The notes beneath the pieces are model-generated. The model was not told where the DNA came from. It saw only the letters and a program-made list of their open reading frames with translations, and did not search any database. DNA of 64,000 bases. Origin: Eledone cirrhosa (lineage: Eukaryota). Positions within the stretch are counted from its first letter, which is position 1. Each line of letters starts with the position of its first letter. A program made the position numbers and the translations under genes. Below are positions 10,001 through 26,430 of the stretch, one piece after another. The stretch covers positions 4,836,001-4,900,000 of the forward strand of contig OZ024740.1 of the NCBI GenBank assembly GCA_964016885.1, in the 5' to 3' direction.

Positions 10001-13000
10001 ACCTCCACCCAGCCTCCACCACCTCATCATTCACCTCCACCCAGCCTCCACCACCTCATCATTCACCTCCACCCAGCCTCCACCACCTCATCTTCACCTC
10101 CACCCAGGTCCACCACCTCATCATTCACCTCCACCCAGCCTCCACCAACTCATCATTCACCTCCACCCAGCCTCCACCAACTCATCATTCACCTCCACCC
10201 AACCTCCACCACCTCATCATTCACCTCCACCCAGCCTCCACCACCTCATCATTCACCTCCACCCAGCCTCCACCACCTCATCATTCACCTCCACCCAGCC
10301 TCCACCACCTCATCATTCACCTCCACCCAACCTCCACCACCTCATCATTCACCTCCACCCAGCCTCCACCACCTCATCATTCACCTCCACCCAGCCTCCA
10401 CCACCTCATCATTCACCTCCACCCAACCTCCACCACCTCATCATTCACCTCCACCCAGCCTCCACCACCTCATCATTCACCTCCACCCAACCTCCACCAC
10501 CTCATCATTCACCTCCACCCAGCCTCCACCACCTCATCATTCACCTACACCCAACCTCCACCACCTCATCATTCACCTCCACCCAACCTCCACCACCTCA
10601 TCATTCACCTCCACCCAGCCTCCACCACCTCATCATTCACCTCCACCCAGCCTCCACCACCTCATCATTCACCTCCACCCAACCTCCACCACCTCATCAT
10701 TCACCTCCACCCAGCCTCCACCACCTCATCATTCACCTCCACCCAGGTCCACCACCTCATCATTCACCTCCACCCAGGTCCACCACCTCATCATTCACCT
10801 CCACCCAGCCTCCACCACCTCATCATTCACCTCCACCCAGCCTCCACCCCCTCATCATTCACCTCCACCCAACCTCCACCACCTCATCATTCACCTCCAC
10901 CCAACCTCCACCACCTCATCATTCACCTCCACCCAGCCTCCACCACCTCATCATTCACCTCCACCCAACCTCCACCACCTCATCATTCACCTCCACCCAG
11001 CCTCCACCACCTCATCATTCACCTCCACCCAGCCTCCACCACCTCATCATTCACCTCCACCCAGCCTCCACCACCTCATCATTCACCTCCACCCAGCCTC
11101 CACCACCTCATCATTCACCTCCACCCAGGTCCAACACCTCATCATTCACCTCCACCCATCCTCCACCAACTCATCATTCACCTCCACCCAGCCTCCACCA
11201 CCTCATCATTCACCTCCACCCAGCCTCCACCACCTCATCATTCACCTCCACCCAACCTCCACCACCTCATCATTCAGCTCCACCCAGCCTCCACCACCTC
11301 ATCATTCACCTCCACCCAGCCTCCACCACCTCATCATTCACCTCCACCCAGCCTCCACCACCTCATCATTCACCTCCACCCAACCTCCACCACCTCATCA
11401 TTCACCTCCACCCAGCCTCCACCACCTCATCATTCACCTCCACCCAGCCTCCACCACCTCATCATTCACCTCCACCCAACCTCCACCACCTCATCATTCA
11501 CCTCCACCTAGCCTCCACCACCTCATCATTCACCTCCACCCAGCCTCCACCACCTCATCATTCACCTCCACCCAGCCTCCACCACCTCATCATTCACCTC
11601 CACCCAGCCTCCACCACCTCATCATTCACCTCCACCCAGCCTCCACCACCTCATCATTCACCTCAACCCAGCCTCCACCACCTCATCATTCACCTCCACC
11701 CAGCCTCCACCACCTCATCATTCACCTCCACCCAACATCCACCACCTCATCATTCACCTCCACCCAGCCTCCACCACCAAATCATTCACCTCCACCCAAC
11801 CTCCACCACCTCATCATTCACCTCCACCCAGGTCCACCACCTCATCATTCACCTCCACCCAACCTCCACCACCTCATCATTCACCTCCACCCAGCCTCCA
11901 CCACCTCATCATTCACCTCTACCCAGGTCCACCACCTCATCATTCACCTCCACCCAACCTCCACCACCTCATCATTCACCTCCACCCAGCCTCCACCACC
12001 TCATCATTCACCTCCACCCAACCTCCACCACCTCATCATTCACCTCCGACCAGGTCCACCACCTCATCATTCACCTCCACCCAACCTCCACCACCTAATC
12101 ATTCACCTCCACCCAGCCTCCACCACCTCATCATTCACCTCCACCCAGCCTCCACCACCTCATCATTCACCTCCACCCAGCCTCCACCACCTCATCATTC
12201 ACCTACACCCAACCTCCACCACCTCATCATTCACCTCCACCCAACCTCCACCACCTCATCATTCACCTCCACCCAGCCTCCACCACCTCATCATTCACCT
12301 CCACCCAGCCTCCACCACCTCATCATTCACCTCCACCCAACCTCCACCACCTCATCATTCACCTCCACCCAGCCTCCACCACCTCATCATTCACCTCCAC
12401 CCAGGTCCACCACCTCATCATTCACCTCCACCCAGGTCCACCACCTCATCATTCACCTCCACCCAGCCTCCACCACCTCATCATTCACCTCCACCCAGCC
12501 TCCACCCCCTCATCATTCACCTCCACCCAACCTCCACCACCTCATCATTCACCTCCACCCAACCTCCACCACCTCATCATTCACCTCCACCCAGCCTCCA
12601 CCACCTCATCATTCACCTCCACCCAACCTCCACCACCTCATCATTCACCTCCACCCAGCCTCCACCACCTCATCATTCACCTCCACCCAGCCTCCACCAC
12701 CTCATCATTCACCTCCACCCAGCCTCCACCACCTCATCATTCACCTCCACCCAGCCTCCACCACCTCATCATTCACCTCCACCCAGGTCCAACACCTCAT
12801 CATTCACCTCCACCCATCCTCCACCAACTCATCATTCACCTCCACCCAGCCTCCACCACCTCATCATTCACCTCCACCCAGCCTCCACCACCTCATCATT
12901 CACCTCCACCCAACCTCCACCACCTCATCATTCAGCTCCACCCAGCCTCCACCACCTCATCATTCACCTCCACCCAGCCTCCACCACCTCATCATTCACC

Positions 13001-16000
13001 TCCACCCAGCCTCCACCACCTCATCATTCACCTCCACCCAACCTCCACCACCTCATCATTCACCTCCACCCAGCCTCCACCACCTCATCATTCACCTCCA
13101 CCCAGCCTCCACCACCTCATCATTCACCTCCACCCAACCTCCACCACCTCATCATTCACCTCCACCTAGCCTCCACCACCTCATCATTCACCTCCACCCA
13201 GCCTCCACCACCTCATCATTCACCTCCACCCAGCCTCCACCACCTCATCATTCACCTCCACCCAGCCTCCACCACCTCATCATTCACCTCCACCCAGCCT
13301 CCACCACCTCATCATTCACCTCAACCCAGCCTCCACCACCTCATCATTCACCTCCACCCAGCCTCCACCACCTCATCATTCACCTCCACCCAACATCCAC
13401 CACCTCATCATTCACCTCCACCCAGCCTCCACCACCAAATCATTCACCTCCACCCAACCTCCACCACCTCATCATTCACCTCCACCCAGGTCCACCACCT
13501 CATCATTCACCTCCACCCAACCTCCACCACCTCATCATTCACCTCCACCCAGCCTCCACCACCTCATCATTCACCTCTACCCAGGTCCACCACCTCATCA
13601 TTCACCTCCACCCAACCTCCACCACCTCATCATTCACCTCCACCCAGCCTCCACCACCTCATCATTCACCTCCACCCAACCTCCACCACCTCATCATTCA
13701 CCTCCGACCAGGTCCACCACCTCATCATTCACCTCCACCCAACCTCCACCACCTAATCATTCACCTCCACCCAGCCTCCACCACCTCATCATTCACCTCC
13801 ACCCAGCCTCCACCACCTCATCATTCACCTCCACCCAGCCTCCACCACCTCATCATTCACCTCCACCCAGCCTCCACCACCTCATAATTCACCTCCACCC
13901 AGCCTCCACCACCTCATCATTCATCTCCACCCAGCCTCCACCACCTCATCATTCACCTCCACCCAGCCTCCACCACCTCATCATTCACCTCCACCACCTC
14001 ATCATTCACCTCCACCCAGCCTGCACCACCTCATCATTCACCTCCACCCAACCTCCACCACCTCATCATTCACCTCCACCCAGCCTCCACCACCTCATCA
14101 TTCACCTCCACCCAACCTCCACCACCTCATCATTCACCTCCACCCAGCCTCCACCACCTCATCATTCACCTCCACCCAGCCTCCACCACCTCATCATTCA
14201 CCTCCACCCAGCCTCCACCACCTCATCATTCACCTCCAACCAACCTCCACCACCTCATCATTCACCTCCACCCAGCCTCCACCACCTCATCATTCACCTC
14301 CACCCAGCCTCCACCACCTCATCATTCACCTCCACCCAGCCTCCACCACCTCATCATTCACCTCCACCCAACCTCCACCACCTCATCATTCACCTCCACC
14401 CAGCCTCCACCACCTCATCATTCACCTCCACCCAGCCTCCACCACCTCATCATACACCTCCACCCAGCCTCCACCACCTCATCATTCACCTCCATCCAGC
14501 CTCCACCACCTCATCATTCACCTCCACCCAACCTCCACCACCTCATCATTCACCTCCACCCAGCCTCCACCACCTCATCATTCACCTCCACCCAGCCTCC
14601 ACCACCTCATCATACACCTCCACCCAGCCTCCACCACCTCATCATTCACCTCCACCCAGCCTCCACCACCTCATCATTCACCTCCACCCAGATTCCACCA
14701 CCTCATCATTCACCTCCACCCAACCTCCACCACCTCATAATTCACCTCCACCCAGCCTCCACCACATCATCATTCACCTCCAACCAACCTCCACCACCTC
14801 ATCATTCACCTCCAACCAACCTCCACCACCTCATCATTCACCTCCACCCAGCCTCCACCACCTCATCATTCACCTCCACCCAACCTCCACCACCTCATCA
14901 TTCACCTCCACCCAGCCTCCACCACCTCATCATTCACCTCCACCCAGCCTCCACCACCTCATCATTCACCTCCACCCAGCCTCCACCACCTCATCATTCA
15001 CCTCCACCCAACCTCCACCACCTCATCATTCACCTCCACCCAGCCTCCACCACCTCATCATTCACCTCCACCCAGCCTCCACCACCTCATCATTCACCTC
15101 CACCCAACCTCCACCACCTCATCATTCACCTCCACCCAGCCTCCACCACCTCATCATTCACCTCCACCCAGTCTCCACCACCTCATCATTCACCTCCACC
15201 CAGCCTCCACCACCTCATCATTCACCTCCACCCAGCCTCCACCACCTCATCATTCACCTCCACCCAGCCTCCACCACCTCATCATTCACCTCCACCCAGC
15301 CTCCACCACCTCATCATTCACCTCCACCCAGCCTCCACCACCTCATCATTCACCTCCACCCAGACTCCACCACCTCATCATTCACCTCCACCCAACATCC
15401 ACCACCTCATCATTCACCTCCACCCAGGTCCACCACCTCATCATTCACCTCCACCCAGCCTCCACCACCAAATCATTCACCTCCACCCAACCTCCACCAC
15501 CTCATCATTCACCTCCACCCAGGTCCACCACCTCATCATTCACCTGCACCCAACCTCCACCACCTCATCATTCACCTCCACCCAGCCTCCACCACCTCAT
15601 CATTCACCTCCACCCAGGTCCACCACCTCATCATTCACCTCCACCCAACCTCCACCACCTCATCATTCACCTCCACCCAGCCTCCACCACCTCATCATTC
15701 ACCTCCACCCAACCTCCACCACCTCATCATTCACCTCCGACCAGGTCCACCACCTCATCATTCACCTCCACCCAACCTCCACCACCTAATCATTCACCTC
15801 CACCCAGCCTCCACCACCTCATCATTCACCTCCACCCAGCCTCCACCACCTCATCATTCACCTCCACCCAGCCTCCACCACCTCATCATTCACCTCCACC
15901 CAGCCTCCACCACCTCATAATTCACCTCCACCCAGCCTCCACCACCTCATCATTCATCTCCACCCAGCCTCCACCACCTCATCATTCACCTCCACCCAGC

Positions 16001-19000
16001 CTCCACCACCTCATCATTCACCTCCACCACCTCATCATTCACCTCCACCCAGCCTGCACCACCTCATCATTCACCTCCACCCAACCTCCACCACCTCATC
16101 ATTCACCTCCACCCAGCCTCCACCACCTCATCATTCACCTCCACCCAACCTCCACCACCTCATCATTCACCTCCACCCAGCCTCCACCACCTCATCATTC
16201 ACCTCCACCCAGCCTCCACCACCTCATCATTCACCTCCACCCAGCCTCCACCACCTCATCATTCACCTCCAACCAACCTCCACCACCTCATCATTCACCT
16301 CCACCCAGCCTCCACCACCTCATCATTCACCTCCACCCAGCCTCCACCACCTCATCATTCACCTCCACCCAGCCTCCACCACCTCAACATTCACCTCCAC
16401 CCAACCTCCACCACCTCATCATTCACCTCCACCCATCCTCCACCACCTCATCATTCACCTCCACCCAGCCTCCACCACCTCATCATACACCTCCACCCAG
16501 CCTCCACCACCTCATCATTCACCTCCATCCAGCCTCCACCACCTCATCATTCACCTCCACCCAACCTCCACCACCTCATCATTCACCTCCACCCAGCCTC
16601 CACCATCTCATCATTCACCTCCACCCAGCCTCCACCACCTCATCATACACCTCCACCCAGCCTCCACCACCTCATCATTCACCTCCACCCAGCCTCCACC
16701 ACCTCATCATTCACCTCCACCCAGATTCCACCACCTCATCATTCACCTCCACCCAACCTCCACCACCTCATAATTCACCTCCACCCAGCCTCCACCACCT
16801 CATCATTCACCTCCAACCAACCTCCACCACCTCATCATTCACCTCCAACCAACCTCCACCACCTCATCATTCACCTCCACCCAGCCTCCACCACCTCATC
16901 ATTCACCTCCACCCAACCTCCACCACCTCATCATTCACCTCCACCCAGCCTCCACCACCTCATCATTCACCTCCAACCAGCCTCCACCACCTCATCATTC
17001 ACCTCCACCCAGCCTCCACCACCTCATCATTCACCTCCAACCAGCCTCCACCACCTCATCATTCACCTCCACCCAGCCTCCACCACCTCATCATTCACCT
17101 CCAACCAACCTCCACCACCTCATCATTCACCTCCAACCAACCTCCACCACCTCATCATTCACCTCCACCCAGCCTCCACCACCTCATCATTCACCTCCAC
17201 CCAGCCTCCACCACCTCATCATTCACCTCCACCCAACCTCCACCACCTCATCATTCACCTCCACCAGCCTCCACCACCTCATCATTCACCTCCACCCACG
17301 TCCACCACCTCATCATTCACCTCCACCCAGCCTCCACCACCTCATCATTCACCTCCACCCACGTCCACCACCTCATCATTCACCTCCACCCAGCCTCCAC
17401 CACCTCATCATTCACCTCCACCCAGCCTCCACCACCTCATCATTCACCTCCACCCAACCTCCACCACCTCATCATTCACCTCCACCCAATCTCCACCACC
17501 TCATCATTCACCTCCACCCAGCCTCCACCACCTCATCATTCACCTCCATCCAGCCTCCAACACCTCATCATTCACCTCCACCCAGCCTCCACCACCTCAT
17601 CATTCACCTCCACCCAGCCTCCACCACCTCATCATTCACCTCCACCCAGCCTCCACCACCTCATCATTCACCTCCACCCAGCCTCCACCACCTCATCATT
17701 CACCTCCACCCAACCTACACCACCTCATCATTCACCTCCACCCAATCTCCACCACCTCATCATTCACCTCCACCCAGCCTCCACCACCTCATCATTCACC
17801 TCCACCCAGCCTCCACCACCTCATCATTCACCTCCACCCAGCCTCCACCACCTCATCATTCACCTCCACCCAGCCTCCACCACCTCATCATTCACCTCCA
17901 CCCAACCTCCACCACCTCATCATTCACCTCCACCCAGCCTCCACCACCTCATCATTCACCTCCACCCAGTCTCCACCACCTCATCATTCACCTCCACCCA
18001 GCCTCCACCACCTCATCATTCACCTCCACCCAGCCTCCACCACCTCATCATTCACCTCCACCCAGCCTCCACCACCTCATCATTCACCTCCACCCAGCCT
18101 CCACCACCTCATCATTCACCTCCACCCAGCCTCCACCACCTCATCATTCACCTCCACCCAGACTCCACCACCTCATCATTCACCTCCACCCAACATCCAC
18201 CACCTCATCATTCACCTCCACCCAGGTCCACCACCTCATCATTCACCTCCACCCAGCCTCCACCACCAAATCATTCACCTCCACCCAACCTCCACCACCT
18301 CATCATTCACCTCCACCCAGGTCCACCACCTCATCATTCACCTGCACCCAACCTCCACCACCTCATCATTCACCTCCACCCAGCCTCCACCACCTCATCA
18401 TTCACCTCCACCCAGGTCCACCACCTCATCATTCACCTCCACCCAACCTCCACCACCTCATCATTCACCTCCACCCAGCCTCCACCACCTCATCATTCAC
18501 CTCCACCCAACCTCCACCACCTCATCATTCACCTCCGACCAGGTCCACCACCTCATCATTCACCTCCACCCAACCTCCACCACCTAATCATTCACCTCCA
18601 CCCAGCCTCCACCACCTCATCATTCACCTCCACCCAGCCTCCACCACCTCATCATTCACCTCCACCCAGCCTCCACCACCTCATCATTCACCTCCACCCA
18701 GCCTCCACCACCTCATAATTCACCTCCACCCAGCCTCCACCACCTCATCATTCATCTCCACCCAGCCTCCACCACCTCATCATTCACCTCCACCCAGCCT
18801 CCACCACCTCATCATTCACCTCCACCACCTCATCATTCACCTCCACCCAGCCTGCACCACCTCATCATTCACCTCCACCCAACCTCCACCACCTCATCAT
18901 TCACCTCCACCCAGCCTCCACCACCTCATCATTCACCTCCACCCAACCTCCACCACCTCATCATTCACCTCCACCCAGCCTCCACCACCTCATCATTCAC

Positions 19001-22000
19001 CTCCACCCAGCCTCCACCACCTCATCATTCACCTCCACCCAGCCTCCACCACCTCATCATTCACCTCCAACCAACCTCCACCACCTCATCATTCACCTCC
19101 ACCCAGCCTCCACCACCTCATCATTCACCTCCACCCAGCCTCCACCACCTCATCATTCACCTCCACCCAGCCTCCACCACCTCATCATTCACCTCCACCC
19201 AACCTCCACCACCTCATCATTCACCTCCACCCAGCCTCCACCACCTCATCATTCAGCTCCACCCAGCCTCCACCACCTCATCATACACCTCCACCCAGCC
19301 TCCACCACCTCATCATTCACCTCCATCCAGCCTCCACCACCTCATCATTCACCTCCACCCAACCTCCACCACCTCATCATTCACCTCCACCCAGCCTCCA
19401 CCATCTCATCATTCACCTCCACCCAGCCTCCACCACCTCATCATACACCTCCACCCAGCCTCCACCACCTCATCATTCACCTCCACCCAGCCTCCACCAC
19501 CTCATCATTCACCTCCACCCAGATTCCACCACCTCATCATTCACCTCCACCCAACCTCCACCACCTCATAATTCACCTCCACCCAGCCTCCACCACCTCA
19601 TCATTCACCTCCAACCAACCTCCACCACCTCATCATTCACCTCCAACCAACCTCCACCACCTCATCATTCACCTCCACCCAGCCTCCACCACCTCATCAT
19701 TCACCTCCACCCAACCTCCACCACCTCATCATTCACCTCCACCCAGCCTCCACCACCTCATCATTCACCTCCAACCAGCCTCCACCACCTCATCATTCAC
19801 CTCCACCCAGCCTCCACCACCTCATCATTCACCTCCAACCAGCCTCCACCACCTCATCATTCACCTCCACCCAGCCTCCACCACCTCATCATTCACCTCC
19901 AACCAACCTCCACCACCTCATCATTCACCTCCAACCAACCTCCACCACCTCATCATTCACCTCCACCCAGCCTCCACCACCTCATCATTCACCTCCACCC
20001 AGCCTCCACCACCTCATCATTCACCTCCACCCAACCTCCACCACCTCATCATTCACCTCCACCAGCCTCCACCACCTCATCATTCACCTCCACCCACGTC
20101 CACCACCTCATCATTCACCTCCACCCAGCCTCCACCACCTCATCATTCACCTCCACCCACGTCCACCACTTCATCATTCACCTCCACCCAGCCTCCACCA
20201 CCTCATCATTCACCTCCACCCAGCCTCCACCACCTCATCATTCACCTCCACCCAACCTCCACCACCTCATCATTCACCTCCACCCAATCTCCACCACCTC
20301 ATCATTCACCTCCACCCAGCCTCCACCACCTCATCATTCACCTCCATCCAGCCTCCAACACCTCATCATTCACCTCCACCCAGCCTCCACCACCTCATCA
20401 TTCACCTCCACCCAGCCTCCACCACCTCATCATTCACCTCCACCCAGCCTCCACCACCTCATCATTCACCTCCACCCAGCCTCCACCACCTCATCATTCA
20501 CCTCCACCCAACCTACACCACCTCATCATTCACCTCCACCCAATCTCCACCACCTCATCATTCACCTCCACCCAGCCTCCACCACCTCATCATTCACCTC
20601 CACCCAGCCTCCACCACCTCATCATTCACCTCCACCCAGCCTCCACCACCTCATCATTCACCTCCACCCAGCCGCCACCACCTCATCATTCACCTCCACC
20701 CAGCCTCCACCACCTCATCATTCACCTCCACCCAGCCTCCACCACCTCATCATTCACCTCCACCCAGCCTCCACCACCTCATCATTCACCTCCACCCAAC
20801 CTCCACCACCTCATCATTCACCTCCACCCAGCCTCCACCACCTCATCATTCACCTCCAACCAACCTCCACCACCTCATCATTCACCTCCACCCAGCCTCC
20901 ACCACCTCATCATTCACCTCCACCCAGCCTCCACCACCTCATCATTCACCTCCACCCAGCCTCCACCACCTCATCATTCACCTCCACCCAACCTCCACCA
21001 CCTCATCATTCACCTCCACCCAGCCTCCACCACCTCATCATTCACCTCCACCCAGCCTCCACCACTTCATCATACACCTCCACCCAGCCTCCACCACCTC
21101 ATCATTCACCTCCACCCAGCCTCCACCACCTCATCATTCACCTCCACCCAGATTCCACCACCTCATCATTCACCTCCACCCAACCTCCACCACCTCATAA
21201 TTCACCTCCACCCAACCTCCACCACCTCATCATTCACCTCCAACCAACCTCCACCACCTCATCATTCACCTCCAACCAACCTCCACCACCTCATCATTCA
21301 CCTCCACCCAGCCTCCACCACCTCATCATTCACCTCCACCCAGCCTCCACCACCTCATCATTCACCTCCACCCAACCTCCACCACCTCATCATTCACCTC
21401 CACCCAGCCTCCACCACCTCATCATTCACCTCCAACCAGCCTCCACCACCTCATCATTTACCTCCACCCAGCCTCCACCACCTCATCATTCACCTCCAAC
21501 CAGCCTCCACCACCTCATCATTCACCTCCACCCAGCCTCCACCACCTCATCATTCACCTCCAACCAACCTCCACCACCTCATCATTCACCTCCAACCAAC
21601 CTCCACCACCTCATCATTCACCTCCACCCAGCCTCCACCACCTCATCATTCACCTCCACCCAGCCTCCACCACCTCATCATTCACCTCCACCCAGCCTCC
21701 ACCACCTCATCATTCACCTCCACCCAACCTCCACCACCTCATCATTCACCTCCACCAGCCTCCGCCACCTCATCATTCACCTCCACCCACGTCCACCACC
21801 TCATCATTCACCTCCACCCAGCCTGCACCACCTCATCATTCACCTCCACCCACGTCCACCACCTCATCATTCACCTCCACCCAGCCTCCACCACCTCATC
21901 ATTCACCTCCACCCAGCCTCCACCACCTCATCATTCACCTCCACCCAACCTCCACCACCTCATCATTCACCTCCACCCAATCTCCACCACCTCATCATTC

Positions 22001-25000
22001 ACCTCCACCCAGCCTCCACCACCTCATCATTCACCTCCACCCAGCCTCCAACACCTCATCATTCACCTCCACCCAGCCTCCACCACCTCATCATTCACCT
22101 CCACCCAGCCTCCACCACCTCATCATTCACCTCCACCCAGCCTCCACCACCTCATCATTCACCTCCACCCAACCTCCACCACCTCATCATTCACCTCCAC
22201 CCAACCTACACCACCTCATCATTCACCTCCACCCAATCACCACCACCTCATCATTCACCTCCACCCAGCCTCCACCACCTCATCATTCACCTCCACCCAG
22301 CCTCCACCACCTCATCATTCACCTCCACCCAGCCTCCACCACCTCATCATTCACCTGCACCCAGCCGCCACCACCTCATCATTCACCTCCACCCAGCCTC
22401 CACCACCTCATCATTCACCTCCACCCAGCCTCCACCACCTCATCATTCACCTCCACCCAGCCTCCACCACCTCATCATTCACCTCCACCCAACCTCCACC
22501 ACCTCATCATTCACCTCCACCCAATCTCCACCACCTCATCATTCACCTCCACCCAGCCTCCACCACCTCATCATTCACCTCCACCCAGCCTCCACCACCT
22601 CATCATTCACCTCCACCCAGCCTCCACCACCTCATCATTCACCTCCACCCAGCCTCCACCACCTCATCATTCACCTCCACCCAGCCTCCACCACCTCATC
22701 ATTCACCTCCACCCAGGTCCACCACCTCATCATTCACCTCCACCCAACCTCCACCACCTCATCATTCACCTCCACCCAGGTCCACCACCTCATCATTCAC
22801 CTCCACCCAATCTCCACCACCTCATCATTCACCTCCACCCAGCCTCCACCACCTCATCATTCACCTCCACCCAGCCTCCACCACCTCATCATTGACCTCA
22901 ACCCAGCCTCCACCACCTCATCATTCACCTCCACCCAGCCTCCACCACCTCATCATTCACCTCCACCCAACCTACACCACCTCATCATTCACCTCCACCC
23001 AATCTCCACCACCTCATCATTCACCTCCACCCAGCCTCCACCACCTCATCATTCACCTCCACCCAGCCTCCACCACCTCATCATTCACCTCCACCCAGCC
23101 TCCACCACCTCATCATTCACCTCCACCCAGCCTCCACCACCTCATCATTCACCTCCACCCAGCCTCCACCACCTCATCATTCACCTCCACCCAGCCTCCA
23201 CCACCTCATCATTCACCTCCACCCAGCCTCCACCACCTCATCATTCACCTCCACCCAGCCTCCACCACCTCATCATTCACCTCCACCCAACCTCCACCAC
23301 CTCATCATTCACCTCCACCCAATCTCCACCACCTCATCATTCACCTCCACCCAGCCTCCACCACCTCATCATTCACCTCCACCCAGGTCCACCACCTCAT
23401 CATTCACCCCCAACCAACCTCCACCACCTCATCATTCAACTCCACTCAGCCTCCACCACCTCATCATTCACCTCCACCCAGCCTCCACCACCTCATCATT
23501 CACCTCCACCCAGCCTCCACCACCTCATCATTCACCTCCACCCAGCCTCCACCACCTCATCATTCACCTCCACCCAGCCTCCACCACCTCATCATTCACC
23601 TCCACCCAGCCTCCACCACCTCATCATTCACCTCCACCCAGCCTCCACCACCTCATCATTCACCTCCACCCAACCTCCACCACCTCATCATTCACCTCCA
23701 CCCAATCTCCACCACCTCATCATTCACCTCCGCCCAGCCGCCACCACCTCATCATTCACCTCCACCCAGGTCCACCACCTCATCATTCACCCCCAACCAA
23801 CCTCCACCACCTCATCATTCAACTCCACTCAGCCTCCACCACCTCATCATTCACCTCCACCCAGCCTCCACCACCTCATCATTCACCTCCACCCAGGTCC
23901 ACCACCTCATCATTCACCTCCACCCAGCCTCCACCACCTCATCATTCACCTCCACCCAGGTCCACCACCTCATCATTCACCTCCAACCAACCTCCACCAC
24001 CTCATCATTCACCTCCACCCAGGTCCACCACCTCATCATTCACCTCCACCCAGCCTCCACCACCTCATCATTCACCTCCACCCAGCCTCCACCACCTCAT
24101 CATTCACCTCCACCCAGCCTCCACCACCTCATCATTCACCTCCACCCAACCTCCACCACCTCATCATTCACCTCCACCCAATCTCCACCACCTCATCATT
24201 CACCTCCACCCAGCCTCCACCACCTCATCATTCACCTCCACCCAGGTCCACCACCTCATCATTCACCCCCAACCAACCTCCACCACCTCATCATTCAACT
24301 CCACTCAGCCTCCACCACCTCATCATTCACCTCCACCCAGCCTCCACCACCTCATCATTCACCTCCACCCAGCCTCCACCACCTCATCATTCACCTCCAC
24401 CCAGCCTCCACCACCTCATCATTCACCTCCACCCAGCCTCCACCACCTCATCATTCACCTCCACCCAGCCTCCACCACCTCATCATTCACCTCCACCCAG
24501 CCTCCACCACCTCATCATTCACCTCCACCCAACCTCCACCACCTCATCATTCACCTCCACCCAATCTCCACCACCTCATCATTCACCTCCACCCAGCCTC
24601 CACCACCTCATCATTCACCTCCACCCAGGTCCACCACCTCATCATTCACCCCCAACCAACCTCCACCACCTCATCATTCAACTCCACTCAGCCTCCACCA
24701 CCTCATCATTCACCTCCACCCAGCCTCCACCACCTCATCATTCACCTCCACCCAGATCCACCACCTCATTATTCACCTCCACCCAGCCTCCACCACCTCA
24801 TCATTCACCTCCACCCAGGTCCACCACCTCATCATTCACCTCCACCCAGCCTCCACCACCTCATCATTCACCTCCACCCAGGTCCACCACCTCATCATTC
24901 ACCTCCACCCAGCCTCCACCACCTCATCATTCACCTCCACCCAGCCTCCACCACCTCATCATTCACCTCCACCCAGCCTCCACCACCTCATAATTCACCT

Positions 25001-26290
25001 CCACCCAGCCTCCACCACCTAATCATTCACCTCCACCCAGCCTCCACTACCTCTTCATTCACCTCCACCCAGCCTCCACCACCTCATCATTCAACTCCAC
25101 CCAACCTCCACCAACTCATCATTCACCTCCACCCAGCCTCCACCACCTCATCATTCACCTCCACCCAGCCTCCACCACCTCATCATTCACCTCCACCCAG
25201 CCTCCACCACCTCATCATTCACCTCCACCCAGCCTCCACCACCTCATCATTCACCTCCACCCAGGTCCACCACCTCATCATTTACCTCCACCCAGCCTCC
25301 ACCACCTCATCATTCACCTCCACCCAACCTCCACCACCTCATCATTCACCTCTACCCAACCTCCACCACCTCATCATTCACCTCCACCCAACCTCCACCA
25401 ACTCATCATTCACCTCCACCCAGCCTCCACCACCTCATCATTCACCTCCACCCAACCTCCACCACCTCATCATTCACCTCCACCCAATCTCCACCACCTC
25501 ATCATTCACCTCCACCCAGCCTCCACCACCTCATCATTCACCTCCACCCAGGTCCACCACCTCATCATTCACCTCCACCCAACCTCCACCACCTCATCAT
25601 TCACCTCCAACCAACCTCCACCATTCATCATTCAACTCCACCCAGCCTCCACCACCTCATCATTCACCTCCACCCAGTCTCCACCACCTCATCATTCACC
25701 TCCACCCAGCCTCCACCACCTCATCATTCACCTCCACCCAGGTCCACCACCTCATCATTCACCTCCAACCAACCTCCACCACCTCATCATTCACCTCCAC
25801 CCAGGTCCACCACCTCATCATTCACCTCCACCCAGCCTCCACCACCTCATCATTCACCTCCACCCAGCCTCCACCACCTCATCATTCACCTCCACCCAGC
25901 CTCCACCACCTCATAATTCACCTCCACCCAGCCTCCACCACCTAATCCCTCACCTCCACCCAGCCTCCACTACCTCTTCATTCACCTCCACCCAGCCTCC
26001 ACCACCTCATCATTCAACTCCACCCAACCTCCACCAACTCATCATTCACCTCCACCCAGCCTCCACCACCTCATCATTCACCTCCACCCAGCTCCACCAA
26101 CTCATCATTCACCTCCACCCAGCCTCCACCACCTCATCATTCACCTCCACCCAGCTCCACCACCACATCACCACCACCACCCAGGTTCACCACCTCATAA
26201 TTCACCTCCACCCAGCCTCCACCACCTCATAATTCACCTCCACCCTGCCTCCACCACCTCATCATTCACCTCCACCCAGCTCCACCACCA
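7056..26290. repeat. 32-bp C-rich minisatellite array, ~19.2 kb, ~600 copies
   Basis: Consensus cacctccacccagcctccaccacctcatcatt (18 C, 1 G). Main variants are cca(g/a)cctcc and the 31-bp ccaggtcc form. Contains internal kb-scale duplications. Confidence 0.99.
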
Positions 26291-26430
26291 CATCACCACC
26301 ACCACCACACCTCCACCACCATCACCCCCATCTCCACCCCCACCTATTTCTTACACAATTAAGTATTCACTGTTAAAAATATTTCATTAGTTCTGGTCAA
26401 CATGTTGAAGAGGTGTGAATATATAATTCG

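Noticed and set aside
22892-25945. 1017-aa Pro/His/Ser/Thr-rich ORF (also 7024..7467) resembling an extensin or mucin
   Set aside because: The 32-bp unit has no stop in any + frame and is not a multiple of 3, so the peptide cycles through all three frames. 31-bp variants shift the frame freely and the long ORF starts at TTG. This is a repeat artefact.
7056-26290. Telomeric repeat or Chi-like recombination signal (minus strand ggctgggtgg)
   Set aside because: There are no TTAGGG or TTAGG units. The match to Chi (GCTGGTGG) is imperfect and Chi has no established role in animals.
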